Below the pieces are notes generated by a model that did not search any database, was not told where the DNA came from, and worked only from the letters and a program-made list of their open reading frames with translations. A stretch of DNA of 64,000 nt from Candidatus Latescibacterota bacterium (lineage in GTDB: Bacteria > Latescibacterota > UBA2968). The DNA is taken from positions 2,400,001 to 2,464,000 of the forward strand of contig OZ220741.1 in the NCBI GenBank assembly GCA_965116885.1. Reading direction: 5' to 3'. Positions 27,293 to 36,931 of this stretch are shown piece by piece (position 1 is the stretch's first letter; every line of letters begins with the position of its first letter). The translations under genes and the position numbers were made by a program.

Positions 27293-28105
27293 TTAATATC
27301 CTGCACCGCGACAATACTGGTACATTTTGGCACTGCGGGTCGCTTCATCTATTGCGTTTTCGCCTTCGTAAGCTGGCGCGCCGGGACAGGCTGTTACCCA
27401 CCGGTCATATCCCGTGTCTTCAAGTACGTTTGCCAGGTCGGGAAAGTCCAGTGCTCTGCCGACGCCTACAGAGACCCATTGGGGCGTGAATCGTCCCTCT
27501 GCATCCCGCGTGATGTTCTCATCTGCCCAGTCCTGCAAGTGTACGTAGTTGAGCTGGTCTTGAAAGTCGCGCAACGATTGGGCGGCGTCATAGCCCCAGA
27601 GTTGGGCGTGCGATACGTCGATACACAGTTTTGCTTTTTTGAGGTGTTGCATGTACAGCGTCCAGTCTTCTTTTGAATCTACCAGCAGATTGGTGTGGAT
27701 GTGATAACTCAATTCCAGGTCGTATTGCGCCGCGTAATCAGCCCAGTTGTCCGCTGCTTCAGCCGCCTGTTTGATATCGTCTTCGGTGATGTCCCGATCT
27801 TTGGGTTTGGGACCACTCATGTACATGAAACAATCCACTTCCATTTCGGCGGCAAAATCAATCCGCCGCTTGTTGCGTTCCCGGTGCTCCCAACCGGATA
27901 TTTCGGGCGATCCCTGCGCTGTGTACACGGCCATGGGCAGTCCCACATTGTCGCATATTTGCCGAATCCGACTCGCTGGCCCCAACCAGTCCAGCGGCAA
28001 CCGACATTCCCAGCCGTCCCAGCCCGATTTTTTAAGGGCTTCAAGGGCGGGTTCCAAATCCGGATTTCTCCATCGCAATGCACAGTATCCAAGTTTAAAT
28101 GCCAT
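27293..28105 (-). CDS. Sugar-phosphate isomerase/epimerase TIM barrel (IolE-like)
   Basis: GWDGWE, SYHIH, IDVSH, VHLQD, GRALDF. Confidence 0.75.
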   Translation of the reverse strand: MAFKLGYCALRWRNPDLEPALEALKKSGWDGWECRLPLDWLGPASRIRQICDNVGLPMAVYTAQGSPEISGWEHRERNKRRIDFAAEMEVDCFMYMSGPKPKDRDITEDDIKQAAEAADNWADYAAQYDLELSYHIHTNLLVDSKEDWTLYMQHLKKAKLCIDVSHAQLWGYDAAQSLRDFQDQLNYVHLQDWADENITRDAEGRFTPQWVSVGVGRALDFPDLANVLEDTGYDRWVTACPGAPAYEGENAIDEATRSAKMYQYCRGAGY

Positions 28106-28126
28106 GATGATCTCCTTTGTTCCGTT

Positions 28127-29365
28127 TTATCCAAATAATTTCCGATATTCTCGATCAAATGCGTCCGATTCGTCATCCAGTTTTAATTCCAGGCGAATGC
28201 CGGGTAGAAAGCCCGTTAGTCGGCCCGCCAGAAAGTCCTCGCGATAGCTTCCGTCTGGATAGTGCGTTCGTCGTCCGTCGGGCCAGCATATTGTGTGAAT
28301 CTGTCGCTTTTCTTCGAGTTTGAAATCTGGATCGACGCGATAGCGTTCGATGACGTCCCAATCGAGTTCAATACCCAGTCCGGGTGTGTTGGGTACGCGA
28401 ATATGCCCGCCTTCTACTTTGAAGTCTTTGACGAGTGGATGCGTCCAGATGTTCACACAGGGGATCGCGGGCCAGCGTGCGTGAGATAAGACAGCGCCCA
28501 AATGCACGCCCCACATGGTGGTCAATCCCGATCCCACCAGTTGCAGCCAGAATGGCATGTTGGCTTCTGCGGCGAGGGTGCCCTGTTTCATCACGCGACT
28601 CGCGCCACCACCTACGACAAATCCGTCGCATACGCCCTCGCGCACGGCTGTCATAAAGGGCGGGTTGCCAAAGTGCATGGCAATGGGGCTGGCGATTTTT
28701 TGCCGCAACAGGGCGTTGCCCGCTACGTCGTTTTGCGGGATTGGCGTTTCGACCATTGCCAACTGGCTATACGTGTCTTCTAACCGCCGGATTAAGGGTG
28801 CGGCGTAATCTTCGCCGAGCAATAGGCCATTGAAATCCGCGTCGATTTTGAAATAACTCGGTACAGATTTTTTTATGGCTTCAAGTTGTTCTTCGGGGTA
28901 AAACCAGGGGCGAGCTTTGACTTTCATTGTGGTGAATCCGTGGTCTATCGCTGCCAGTGCTTCCATAACCCATTCTTCGGGGGTGCGGTCCTGTGACCAC
29001 CACGATACGGGGCATGTTTCTCGATATTGTGCGCCCAGTAGTTTGTGACACGGTACGCCGAGTGTTTTCCCGGCTGCGTCGAAGAGTGCCATTTGCAAGC
29101 CCGCGCCCAGGCTGTCATCCCACAAATGATCGAATATGTTCTTTCCGCGCACGCGGGCGAATTGTCTCTCATTTGATTGCCCCCACGTATATCGCGTCAG
29201 GGTTTCGCCATATCCCGTTACGCCCGCAGAGGTCGTTATTTTGCACACATCTACAAGTGACCAAAACGGTACCCGAGTTTGTTTTACTTTTGCACACCGC
29301 GGATGAAATGGGACGTGCAGAAGGATGTGTTCAATATCCGCAACTTCGCAGTCTTTAGAGGTCAT
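28127..29365 (-). CDS. Mandelate racemase/muconate-lactonizing (enolase superfamily) enzyme
   Basis: GVTGYGE, MALFDAAGK, KVK, DADFN, ETP, PGLGIELD. Confidence 0.85.
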   Translation of the reverse strand: MTSKDCEVADIEHILLHVPFHPRCAKVKQTRVPFWSLVDVCKITTSAGVTGYGETLTRYTWGQSNERQFARVRGKNIFDHLWDDSLGAGLQMALFDAAGKTLGVPCHKLLGAQYRETCPVSWWSQDRTPEEWVMEALAAIDHGFTTMKVKARPWFYPEEQLEAIKKSVPSYFKIDADFNGLLLGEDYAAPLIRRLEDTYSQLAMVETPIPQNDVAGNALLRQKIASPIAMHFGNPPFMTAVREGVCDGFVVGGGASRVMKQGTLAAEANMPFWLQLVGSGLTTMWGVHLGAVLSHARWPAIPCVNIWTHPLVKDFKVEGGHIRVPNTPGLGIELDWDVIERYRVDPDFKLEEKRQIHTICWPDGRRTHYPDGSYREDFLAGRLTGFLPGIRLELKLDDESDAFDREYRKLFG

Positions 29366-29380
29366 TTTGGATTCCCTTTG

Positions 29381-30052
29381 TTATACAATCAACCGACCGA
29401 TATCGCAATTGTGAGCGTCACAATACCACAGGACGCCGTCGTGCATGGTCATGCCGTGGACTTCGTCGGGTGCTTCTACGCGGATTACGTCGTACACGCG
29501 GCCATCTGCTGTGCCGAGTAAGTTTACCGTCCCTGCGGATGTGTCCGCTACCCATAGTTTGTCGTCTTGCCAGGCCAAGCCGTGGTTGCGGAGGCCCGGT
29601 GTTCGAAATGCGTGTTCTTCTGTCCAGGTTTCGGCATCTACCACATGTACAAATTGGGAGGGGGGGGACGCAATGTATATTTTGCCGTCGCGCCATTCCA
29701 ATCCGTGTGCGCCGGTTTCTGAGGCGCCTGGCAGGCCCTCGCGCCAGGATGCGACGCCAACGCCGGGAGAGTCGTATTTTGCAATGGTTTTGCCGGTTTT
29801 TATATCGAGTTTTGCTATTTGCAATTCAAATGTGGATGCAATCCACACATATCCGCCACCGATTGTTATTCCGCTCGAATGCTCTGTGTCCGTTTGCGCC
29901 TCAAATAGTACGTCGCCCGTGTCCCAATCTACTTTGTAAATTTTCAGATCTACCTGGTCGATAATCCACAGGCCATCTGGCGCGGCTTGCAATCCATTTG
30001 GCTGCGGTCCCGGACTCTTGAAACATGTTTCGACCTTTGCTATTTTTATCAT
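29381..30052 (-). CDS. Beta-propeller protein (YncE/Vgb/glutaminyl-cyclase-like), function unknown
   Basis: Repeated blades PNGL..LW, SGIT..VW, HGLEW, HGLAW, HGMT..LW. AGGAG precedes ATG 30052. Confidence 0.6.
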   Translation of the reverse strand: MIKIAKVETCFKSPGPQPNGLQAAPDGLWIIDQVDLKIYKVDWDTGDVLFEAQTDTEHSSGITIGGGYVWIASTFELQIAKLDIKTGKTIAKYDSPGVGVASWREGLPGASETGAHGLEWRDGKIYIASPPSQFVHVVDAETWTEEHAFRTPGLRNHGLAWQDDKLWVADTSAGTVNLLGTADGRVYDVIRVEAPDEVHGMTMHDGVLWYCDAHNCDIGRLIV

Positions 30053-30069
30053 GGTATGGCTCCTGTTTG

Positions 30070-30095
30070 GTAGGGGCGACCCCCTGTGGTCGCCC
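30070..30095 (+). repeat. GTAG-type REP element
   Basis: GTAG followed by the palindrome GGGCGACC-CCCTGT-GGTCGCCC; intergenic. Confidence 0.7.
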
Positions 30096-30262
30096 GCTGA
30101 ATGATATGATTTCAACCCTTAATTGGTATTGTTGGCGGTAAGTTTCCCCTTCCTAAAACCACGTATGACGTAATGTAATACATCTTTTGCCTGAAGCAAG
30201 TTATTGTACTATGCTACATTTTCTTTGACTTGCCGACTTTCGAGTGCCATTTTAGTTTTCAC

Positions 30263-31117
30263 ATGATTCGATTTCCCGAAAATATCAAAGTAGTGCTTTT
30301 CCATTTTTGCGCGCGTTTTCAACGCTGGCTCAGAGATGTGCGTGTGGCTTTGCGTCGCGTGAGGTATCTGCGTTCGTTGATGGTGACACTGGTTCTCATC
30401 GCTTTGATCGGTGCAGGTGTTGCCTGGAGCGAATATCAGACCAATTGGTTTGCGCGACGCCTTGGGGCTTTTTTGCTTTCGACCAATGCTTTGCGCCCTG
30501 AAAGTGGTGCGATCTGGAAGGATATTCAAGCACAGGCGCGAACTCAGCAAGCTATTGATACAGCCGATCCTTTGCCTGTGCCACGAACGGGTTTGCCCGA
30601 TGCGGTTACAAATAGTCGTTTTGAAGACTCACGCGTGCCCGAGTCTGGTGTTCCAGGCTATGTCGCGATTTACAAGATACCACTGCCCGGTGTTGATCTC
30701 AATACCAGACCGCTCGGCGATGTGATCGCCAGTTTGCGCGTTTATCGTCAGGGGCTTGCGATTGTCAAGGCATTGCATTTGCCGGATGTGCATTTCCACG
30801 CGGAGGTGCGCAAACAGATTGATTACCTGTACGCCCAGGTTGGCGATATTGAGGCTGTTGCGCCAGACACGCTGGGCGTAACCGATCCCGATTCGCTCAA
30901 GGCTGCTGTTTTTTCCGAACTCGCGACTGCGGTTATTCCCGATTTGAGAAAGCGAGAGAAAGAGGCTCTGATTGAGGCTTATGAAAATGGAGAGATTGCA
31001 CAAATTTTTCTGTATCGCGACCTCGGGCGTTTTCGGGGTGAACTTTTCCGCGAGGGAAGTCGGGTTCCTGTTGTTTTTGAAATTGAGGCGGGTGCTGTTT
31101 CCGAAATTGTGGAGTAA
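30263..31117 (+). CDS. Hypothetical single-pass membrane protein coupled to PBP1A
   Basis: One hydrophobic segment LMVTLVLIALIGAGVAW. Stop overlaps the next start (TAATG). Start uncertain. Confidence 0.6.
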   Translation: MIRFPENIKVVLFHFCARFQRWLRDVRVALRRVRYLRSLMVTLVLIALIGAGVAWSEYQTNWFARRLGAFLLSTNALRPESGAIWKDIQAQARTQQAIDTADPLPVPRTGLPDAVTNSRFEDSRVPESGVPGYVAIYKIPLPGVDLNTRPLGDVIASLRVYRQGLAIVKALHLPDVHFHAEVRKQIDYLYAQVGDIEAVAPDTLGVTDPDSLKAAVFSELATAVIPDLRKREKEALIEAYENGEIAQIFLYRDLGRFRGELFREGSRVPVVFEIEAGAVSEIVE

Positions 31118-33189
31118 TGGCGCATCTTATGAAATTAATCTCACATCGCGGTCTTTTCCTTATCATTTTCCTCATTGCCGATGTTTTGCTGATTGTGTTG
31201 GGCGCGGCATGCTGGCTCATTATGACATTGCCGAGGCTGCCCGATGATCCCGATAGTTTATTGGCAGAGTCCGGGATCAATATTTACGCGGCGTCTGGGG
31301 AGTTGCTCTATACTGTTAATCAACGCGTGGGGCGCGTTGGTCTCGATGAGGTGCATCCGCATTTTGTTCAGGCTGTGCTATCTATTGAGGATGCGGATTT
31401 TTATCATCACCGCGGGTATAGTATTAAAGGTATGGTCGGTGCTTTTTTGGGTAATATCCGACACTGGGGCAGGGTGCGGGGCGGCAGCACGATTACACAG
31501 CAGATTGTGAAGAATATCTTTCTTACGAGAGAAAAATTTTATGTGCGAAAATTGAAAGAAATACTTCTCGCAACGCAGCTCGAAGCCCTTTTTGAACGTC
31601 ACTACGGTGCGGGCTATAAAGACCGATTGTTCGAGATTTATATCAATGGCAGTTTTTACGGTGCCAATGCTTATGGTATTGCCGATGCAGCGCAGACCTA
31701 TTTTGGCAAGCGCGCTGCGGATCTTACGCTTCTCGAAGCTGCAATACTTGCCGGGCTTCCCAATGCGCCGAGTGTGCTCAATCCGTTTCGCAAAGACCAA
31801 TCTCGCGTTCTGGCGCGTGCTACGCTCGTTTTAAACCGCATGCAGGCATTGGGTTTTATTAGTTCAGAGGAAGTCCAGGATGCACTGGCCTCGGAATTGC
31901 AACTCGTTTCTGGACGTATGCCCCAGAATCGAACGCCTTATTTTGTCGAGACGATTAAAGCCGAGGTTACACGCCTGTGGGGTGCTCAGGCGCTGAGTTT
32001 TGGTGGTTTGAATATTTATACGACGCTTGATTTGTCTATGCAACAGGCTGCCGAGCGAGCCGTGGCCAGAGGGTTGGCCGATCTGGATGCGCGGCTGGGG
32101 TTTTCAGATTATGGCAGTGCTTCATCTGATCAGCGCGCCGATTATGTACAGGGTGCGTTGATTTGCCTGGATCCGCGTACTGGATATGTCAAAGCTATGG
32201 TGGGTGGGCGCGATATTTTTATCAGTTATTACAACCGGGCCACGCAAGCGCGGCGTCAACCGGGTTCAAGTTTTAAGCCTTTTGTGTATCTGGCGGCTTT
32301 TGAAAGCGGTGCTTTTTCGCCGGTTACTCTTTTTCTTGATACGCTGCGCACCTATCGCGTGAATGATGAGGACTGGTCGCCCAGGAATTTTGCGGATAAA
32401 TATCTGGGGCTTACCACTGCGGCGAATGCACTGGTCAAGTCGGCAAATGCGACGAGTGTGCAAATTGCAATGAAAATTGGTCCCGATCGCATTGTCGATC
32501 TGGCGCAACGCCTGGGTATTCAGAGCGGGCTTAGACCGTATCCGAGTATTGCCCTGGGGGCGCAGGAAGTCACTTTGCTCGATATGGCTGTTGCCTATGG
32601 CGCGATTGCGAGTTACGGTTTTCGCGTGATGCCGACATTTATCGCGCGGATTGAGGATGCTACAGGGCAAATACACTATGAGCATCGACCAGATCCCAGG
32701 CTTGTTATCAATCCCGAACAGGCGGTGATTATGGTCAATTTGATGCAGCATGTTGTCAATCGCGGTACGGGGCGTGCAATTCGCGCGTTTGGGTTTCAGG
32801 GTGCTGCTGCGGGGAAGACCGGTACGACAAATGACAATACGGATGCCTGGTTTACGGGGTTTACACCCGATCTGGTTGCGAGTGTGTGGATTGGTTTTGA
32901 CAACCGCGAGGGCGGCCGTCGGCTGGTCGAGAGAAGGAGCAGACGCCAGATTACCGGTGGCAGTGGTGCGGCACCGATTTGGGCTGCGTTTATGAAGAGT
33001 GTAGGGAAACCGTCGCGGGATTTTATTACACCCGCAGGCGTTGCCGCGCATACTGTGAATTTACGAAGCGGTATTGCCGATACTTCTGATGGGGCTGTGA
33101 CCCTCGTCCTGCCCGAAGATGTTGCGCCCAATACGCCGGCAGATACATTGCGGTTTTTTAAGGAAATTGAGATGAAACAAGAACCCTAA
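31117..33189 (+). CDS. Class A penicillin-binding protein (transglycosylase/transpeptidase, PBP1A family)
   Basis: EDADFY.HRG, GGSTITQQ, RKLKE; SxxK (SSFK), SAN, KTGT. Confidence 0.95.
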   Translation: MAHLMKLISHRGLFLIIFLIADVLLIVLGAACWLIMTLPRLPDDPDSLLAESGINIYAASGELLYTVNQRVGRVGLDEVHPHFVQAVLSIEDADFYHHRGYSIKGMVGAFLGNIRHWGRVRGGSTITQQIVKNIFLTREKFYVRKLKEILLATQLEALFERHYGAGYKDRLFEIYINGSFYGANAYGIADAAQTYFGKRAADLTLLEAAILAGLPNAPSVLNPFRKDQSRVLARATLVLNRMQALGFISSEEVQDALASELQLVSGRMPQNRTPYFVETIKAEVTRLWGAQALSFGGLNIYTTLDLSMQQAAERAVARGLADLDARLGFSDYGSASSDQRADYVQGALICLDPRTGYVKAMVGGRDIFISYYNRATQARRQPGSSFKPFVYLAAFESGAFSPVTLFLDTLRTYRVNDEDWSPRNFADKYLGLTTAANALVKSANATSVQIAMKIGPDRIVDLAQRLGIQSGLRPYPSIALGAQEVTLLDMAVAYGAIASYGFRVMPTFIARIEDATGQIHYEHRPDPRLVINPEQAVIMVNLMQHVVNRGTGRAIRAFGFQGAAAGKTGTTNDNTDAWFTGFTPDLVASVWIGFDNREGGRRLVERRSRRQITGGSGAAPIWAAFMKSVGKPSRDFITPAGVAAHTVNLRSGIADTSDGAVTLVLPEDVAPNTPADTLRFFKEIEMKQEP

Positions 33190-33205
33190 CGCAAAAGGAG
33201 ACGCT

Positions 33206-34138
33206 ATGGAACCCTGGTCTTTTCTTCATATCTGCGATATGCAACCCGGTTCGCCCCGGTCCTTTCGGTTCAATCAGCGAAATATGGACAATTGGCAGAC
33301 GGCGTATCGGCAGATTCAAGGTATTACCGATGTCGATCTGATGCTCGTGGGGGGCGATCTCACGCGGGATGGGGCACTCCACGATTTTGAGTATGAGGTT
33401 GCCAAACGGGAACTCGATGCCTTGCCTTATCCGCATTACGCGATTCCCGGCAATATGGATACGTGCAACAAGCATACGGATAAAAATGGTGCTACCGGGC
33501 GCGAGGATATCCGTCTGAATGTCACCGCCGAGCAACTGGATCGGTTTGTGCCCTTTTTCGGCGATTTTCCCTGGAGCTTTGTACACAAGAATGTGCGCTT
33601 TAGCGGATTTTATGCGGCTGTGGCTGGTTCGGGATTGCCCCATGAGGCGCGTATGTGGCACTGGCTGGAGAGCGAGTTGCCGTCTCTTCCTCGCGCGGCG
33701 CATCACGTTGTGACGATGCATTATACCCTTTTTATGGATACGCTCGACGAACCCAAGTGGGATATTACAAAAGCGGATGAGTATAGAGACTGGTATTTTT
33801 CTATTGATCCGCCACACAGACAGCGCATTTTTGAGGCGTTTAAGAAATCCGATGTGTCCATTGTTTTGAGTGGACATATTCACTGCCGCCGTCCACCCCA
33901 GGTTGTTGAGGGTATTGCCTTTTACCGTTGCGCGGGTATAGCGATGCCTCAGGGGGCTGACCGATGGGACGATGGCGATCCCACGTTGGGGTTCTATCGT
34001 TTTGACGTGACAGATGCTGGGATAACCCCTACATTTATTCCTTTGACCGAGGAATCGCAATCCACCGAGGGTTATGGTCCAGGGGGTCATCCCAGACCAG
34101 AAGAGCGCGATTATTCGCTTGCGTGGGAGAAAAGTTAG
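33206..34138 (+). CDS. Calcineurin-like metallophosphoesterase
   Basis: HICDMQ, GGDLT, PGNMD, MHY, SGHIH. Confidence 0.8.
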   Translation: MEPWSFLHICDMQPGSPRSFRFNQRNMDNWQTAYRQIQGITDVDLMLVGGDLTRDGALHDFEYEVAKRELDALPYPHYAIPGNMDTCNKHTDKNGATGREDIRLNVTAEQLDRFVPFFGDFPWSFVHKNVRFSGFYAAVAGSGLPHEARMWHWLESELPSLPRAAHHVVTMHYTLFMDTLDEPKWDITKADEYRDWYFSIDPPHRQRIFEAFKKSDVSIVLSGHIHCRRPPQVVEGIAFYRCAGIAMPQGADRWDDGDPTLGFYRFDVTDAGITPTFIPLTEESQSTEGYGPGGHPRPEERDYSLAWEKS

Positions 34139-34159
34139 AGGCTGGGGACTGGGGGCTGG
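34139..34159 (+). repeat. Short intergenic heptamer repeat (AGGCTGG GGACTGG GGGCTGG)
   Basis: Three imperfect 7-mers right after the stop codon. Confidence 0.4.
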
Positions 34160-34180
34160 AAATAAAAAGAGGAGTGTTTT

Positions 34181-35923
34181 ATGTCCGTTTTACATATTAC
34201 GTCACCTGCTGCCCCTCCTGAGTGGGCACTTTTGCAGCGCGAACTGATGCGCGCGCAGGCAACGGCGTGCGAGGTTTTTTATCATCGGTATTTCGACGTC
34301 CGGGGATATCTCAAGTGCATTCCGCGGTGGGGGGGGAACGATGGGCCAGATGATGCGATAGAGAATCTTACCGGGTATTCGATGGTGCATACGCTGGGTG
34401 GACCAACGCATATTCTCGATCTTTACAAGCAGGCGTGGGAAGGGCATATCGAACAGTATTCGGAGGCTAAAACCGAGGTTGTGCCTATCGGGCGTGACGG
34501 TATGTATTACAAGGAGTTTCCCGCGTGTTTCGACTGGTTCCACCACGGGGAGTCGCTCACCATTTTTAATTTACAGGGTCTGTCCGATCCGCATGAGGTC
34601 ACTTTTGGTCATCGCGTGCGTCGGTACGCTGGTTTTTATATGGATGAAGATCCCCAGGCGAAGAATTACGATCCCGATCACAAAGTAATCCGCAGTCTTT
34701 TCAATGGCAGTCGGGGACCTTTGTTGCGAAAAGCCACGGGTCTTGATTGGGCAGGCGATCCCTTTGAGGTTGAGGGGCGCTTTCCTGCGCCGCGCCACGG
34801 TGAGCGCAATTTTGAAGAGATGCTTATGCATTTTGAAGATTATACCGATGTGATTGGCGACCATCCCCTGAATCTGGCGGCGACTACGCTGGGTCTCAAT
34901 GCTTTTGCGCTGGCTGGTGAGGAGAAATACCGCTCATGGTTGCTGGGATACGTGGATGCGTGGGCTGATCGCGCGGCTGAGAATAACGGTATTCTTCCGT
35001 CCAATATCGGTCTTGACGGTACGATTGGCGGTGCGTGTGATGGCAAGTGGTATGGCGGCTGTTATGGCTGGGGATTTACTGTGGTTGTTCCGCAAACAGG
35101 CGCGCTTTCCAATCGCAATTCCATAGCCCGCGGCATTGCGGGTTTTGGCAATGCTTTGCTGCTGACGGGTGACCAGAAGTATCCCATTGTATGGCGTACG
35201 ATGATCAATGCGGTGAATAGCAATAGCAAGGATGTCGATGGGGAAATACAGTATCCGCATATGCACGGGGATGATGGCTGGTATAGCTATAGCTCCCAGC
35301 CCTTTAATCAGGGTGCGCTTGACGTGTACTACTGGACGATGGATGATGCCGATCTTGAGCACATTTCCTCAGATCCCTGGATAGATTATCTCCATGGGAA
35401 TAATCCCGATCATCCTGCGCGTACCTTGCGAAGTGCCTTGAGCGCGATTCGCGGGAAGATGGAAAATGTGCGCAATGATACGTCTTCCACGGATACCCGG
35501 TTGTCCGACGATCCATTGCCGTACAATCCCGCAACGACTGTGAATGCGCTTATACAACTCCAGCTCGGTGGTCTGGCGCCGCGTCACGGCGAACCCCTGC
35601 ATTGTCGCGTGCGTTATTTTGATCCCGAGAATCGCCGTCCTGGATTGCCAGCGGATGTGGCTGCTCTCGTCGAGTCGCTGACTGCGGATGGTGTTGTGCT
35701 GTCACTCGTGAATGTCAATCAGACCGAATACCGCGATCTCATTGTCCAGAGTGGGGCTTATGCCGAGCACCAGATTACTGCTGTGGAGGTTGATGGCAAT
35801 TCATCTGATCTCGATGCATCCTGGATGTCCGTTCGCCTTGGTCCCGGTTGCGGCGCGCGACTTGCACTTAAAACAGAACGCTATGTCAATTCGCCCACTT
35901 TTGCGTTTCCATGGGAGAGATAA
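34181..35923 (+). CDS. Conserved hypothetical protein (possible alpha/alpha-barrel carbohydrate-active enzyme)
   Basis: 580-aa ORF with GAGGAG RBS and motif-like RWGGNDGPDD and DWFHHGE. No firm family. Confidence 0.55.
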   Translation: MSVLHITSPAAPPEWALLQRELMRAQATACEVFYHRYFDVRGYLKCIPRWGGNDGPDDAIENLTGYSMVHTLGGPTHILDLYKQAWEGHIEQYSEAKTEVVPIGRDGMYYKEFPACFDWFHHGESLTIFNLQGLSDPHEVTFGHRVRRYAGFYMDEDPQAKNYDPDHKVIRSLFNGSRGPLLRKATGLDWAGDPFEVEGRFPAPRHGERNFEEMLMHFEDYTDVIGDHPLNLAATTLGLNAFALAGEEKYRSWLLGYVDAWADRAAENNGILPSNIGLDGTIGGACDGKWYGGCYGWGFTVVVPQTGALSNRNSIARGIAGFGNALLLTGDQKYPIVWRTMINAVNSNSKDVDGEIQYPHMHGDDGWYSYSSQPFNQGALDVYYWTMDDADLEHISSDPWIDYLHGNNPDHPARTLRSALSAIRGKMENVRNDTSSTDTRLSDDPLPYNPATTVNALIQLQLGGLAPRHGEPLHCRVRYFDPENRRPGLPADVAALVESLTADGVVLSLVNVNQTEYRDLIVQSGAYAEHQITAVEVDGNSSDLDASWMSVRLGPGCGARLALKTERYVNSPTFAFPWER

Positions 35924-35951
35924 ATTCAGAAATCAATAAAAGGAGTTTCTT

Positions 35952-36902
35952 ATGTCCAGGATTAATGTCGGTCTTGCCCGCCGCGAAAATCGCCGCCAGA
36001 ATGTGTTTGGTGCTCTCGATCTCATCCGCGATGATGTGGTTCCCAAACTCGCTGAGCAGGTGATGCTCAAACCCAATTTTCTTTCGTCTAAAAATCAACT
36101 GGCGTCTTCTCATCCCGATGCGATGCGAGGGGCTATTGATTTTTTGCTTACTACGCCCAAGCCACCGGATGAGATTCTCATTGCCGAGGGGGGTAACGAA
36201 GATATTCCGGGAGAGGCGTTTGATAATTTCGGGTATCACGCTTTGAAAGAAGAATACGATGTTCCCATTCGACTTATTGATCTCAATTCTGAGACCCGGT
36301 GGGAGACTGTGCCGATTCTCCTCGATGATCGTACGGAATACGTTATACATATGCCCAAGACCGTGTTGGAGTGTCCCTGCACGATTTCAATGGCGGTTGC
36401 TAAGACACACGATGTTACGGTTGTTACGCTCGCGCTCAAGAATATGATTATGGGTACGATTCGCAAAGAGGACCGGGTTAAGATGCACGGGTTTCCCTCG
36501 CATCCAGAACGCCTGCGTCCCAATGAGTCCAAACGCCTCAATGTTAATCTCATTCGGCTCGCCAAATACCTGGCACCGGATATCGGCGTGATCGATGGTA
36601 CTGTGGGTTTGCAGGGTAATGGTCCTGGGGGAACGGATTCGGTTGATCTGGGCGTTGCCGCGGCGAGTGTAGATGTTTTTGCTGTGGATGCGGTTATGAC
36701 CAGTGTTATGGGTTTTGAACCGGCGAAGCAGGGGCTTCTCTATTATGCCAATCAACTCGGTATTGGTGTGACGGATCTCAACAATATCAATATTCTCGGA
36801 ACTGCTATCGAAGATGTCGCCAGAGCGTTCAAGCCCCATAAGTGGATCGAAGAACAACGCCAGTGGCACGAACCAAATGCGATGGCCGATATTTTTGCCT
36901 GA
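35952..36902 (+). CDS. DUF362 domain protein
   Basis: MLKPNF, KTH..VTLALKNM.G, VIDG, DVFAVDAV. Confidence 0.8.
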   Translation: MSRINVGLARRENRRQNVFGALDLIRDDVVPKLAEQVMLKPNFLSSKNQLASSHPDAMRGAIDFLLTTPKPPDEILIAEGGNEDIPGEAFDNFGYHALKEEYDVPIRLIDLNSETRWETVPILLDDRTEYVIHMPKTVLECPCTISMAVAKTHDVTVVTLALKNMIMGTIRKEDRVKMHGFPSHPERLRPNESKRLNVNLIRLAKYLAPDIGVIDGTVGLQGNGPGGTDSVDLGVAAASVDVFAVDAVMTSVMGFEPAKQGLLYYANQLGIGVTDLNNINILGTAIEDVARAFKPHKWIEEQRQWHEPNAMADIFA

Positions 36903-36931
36903 TTGCGCTCTCGATAGTACAGGAGTTCTTC

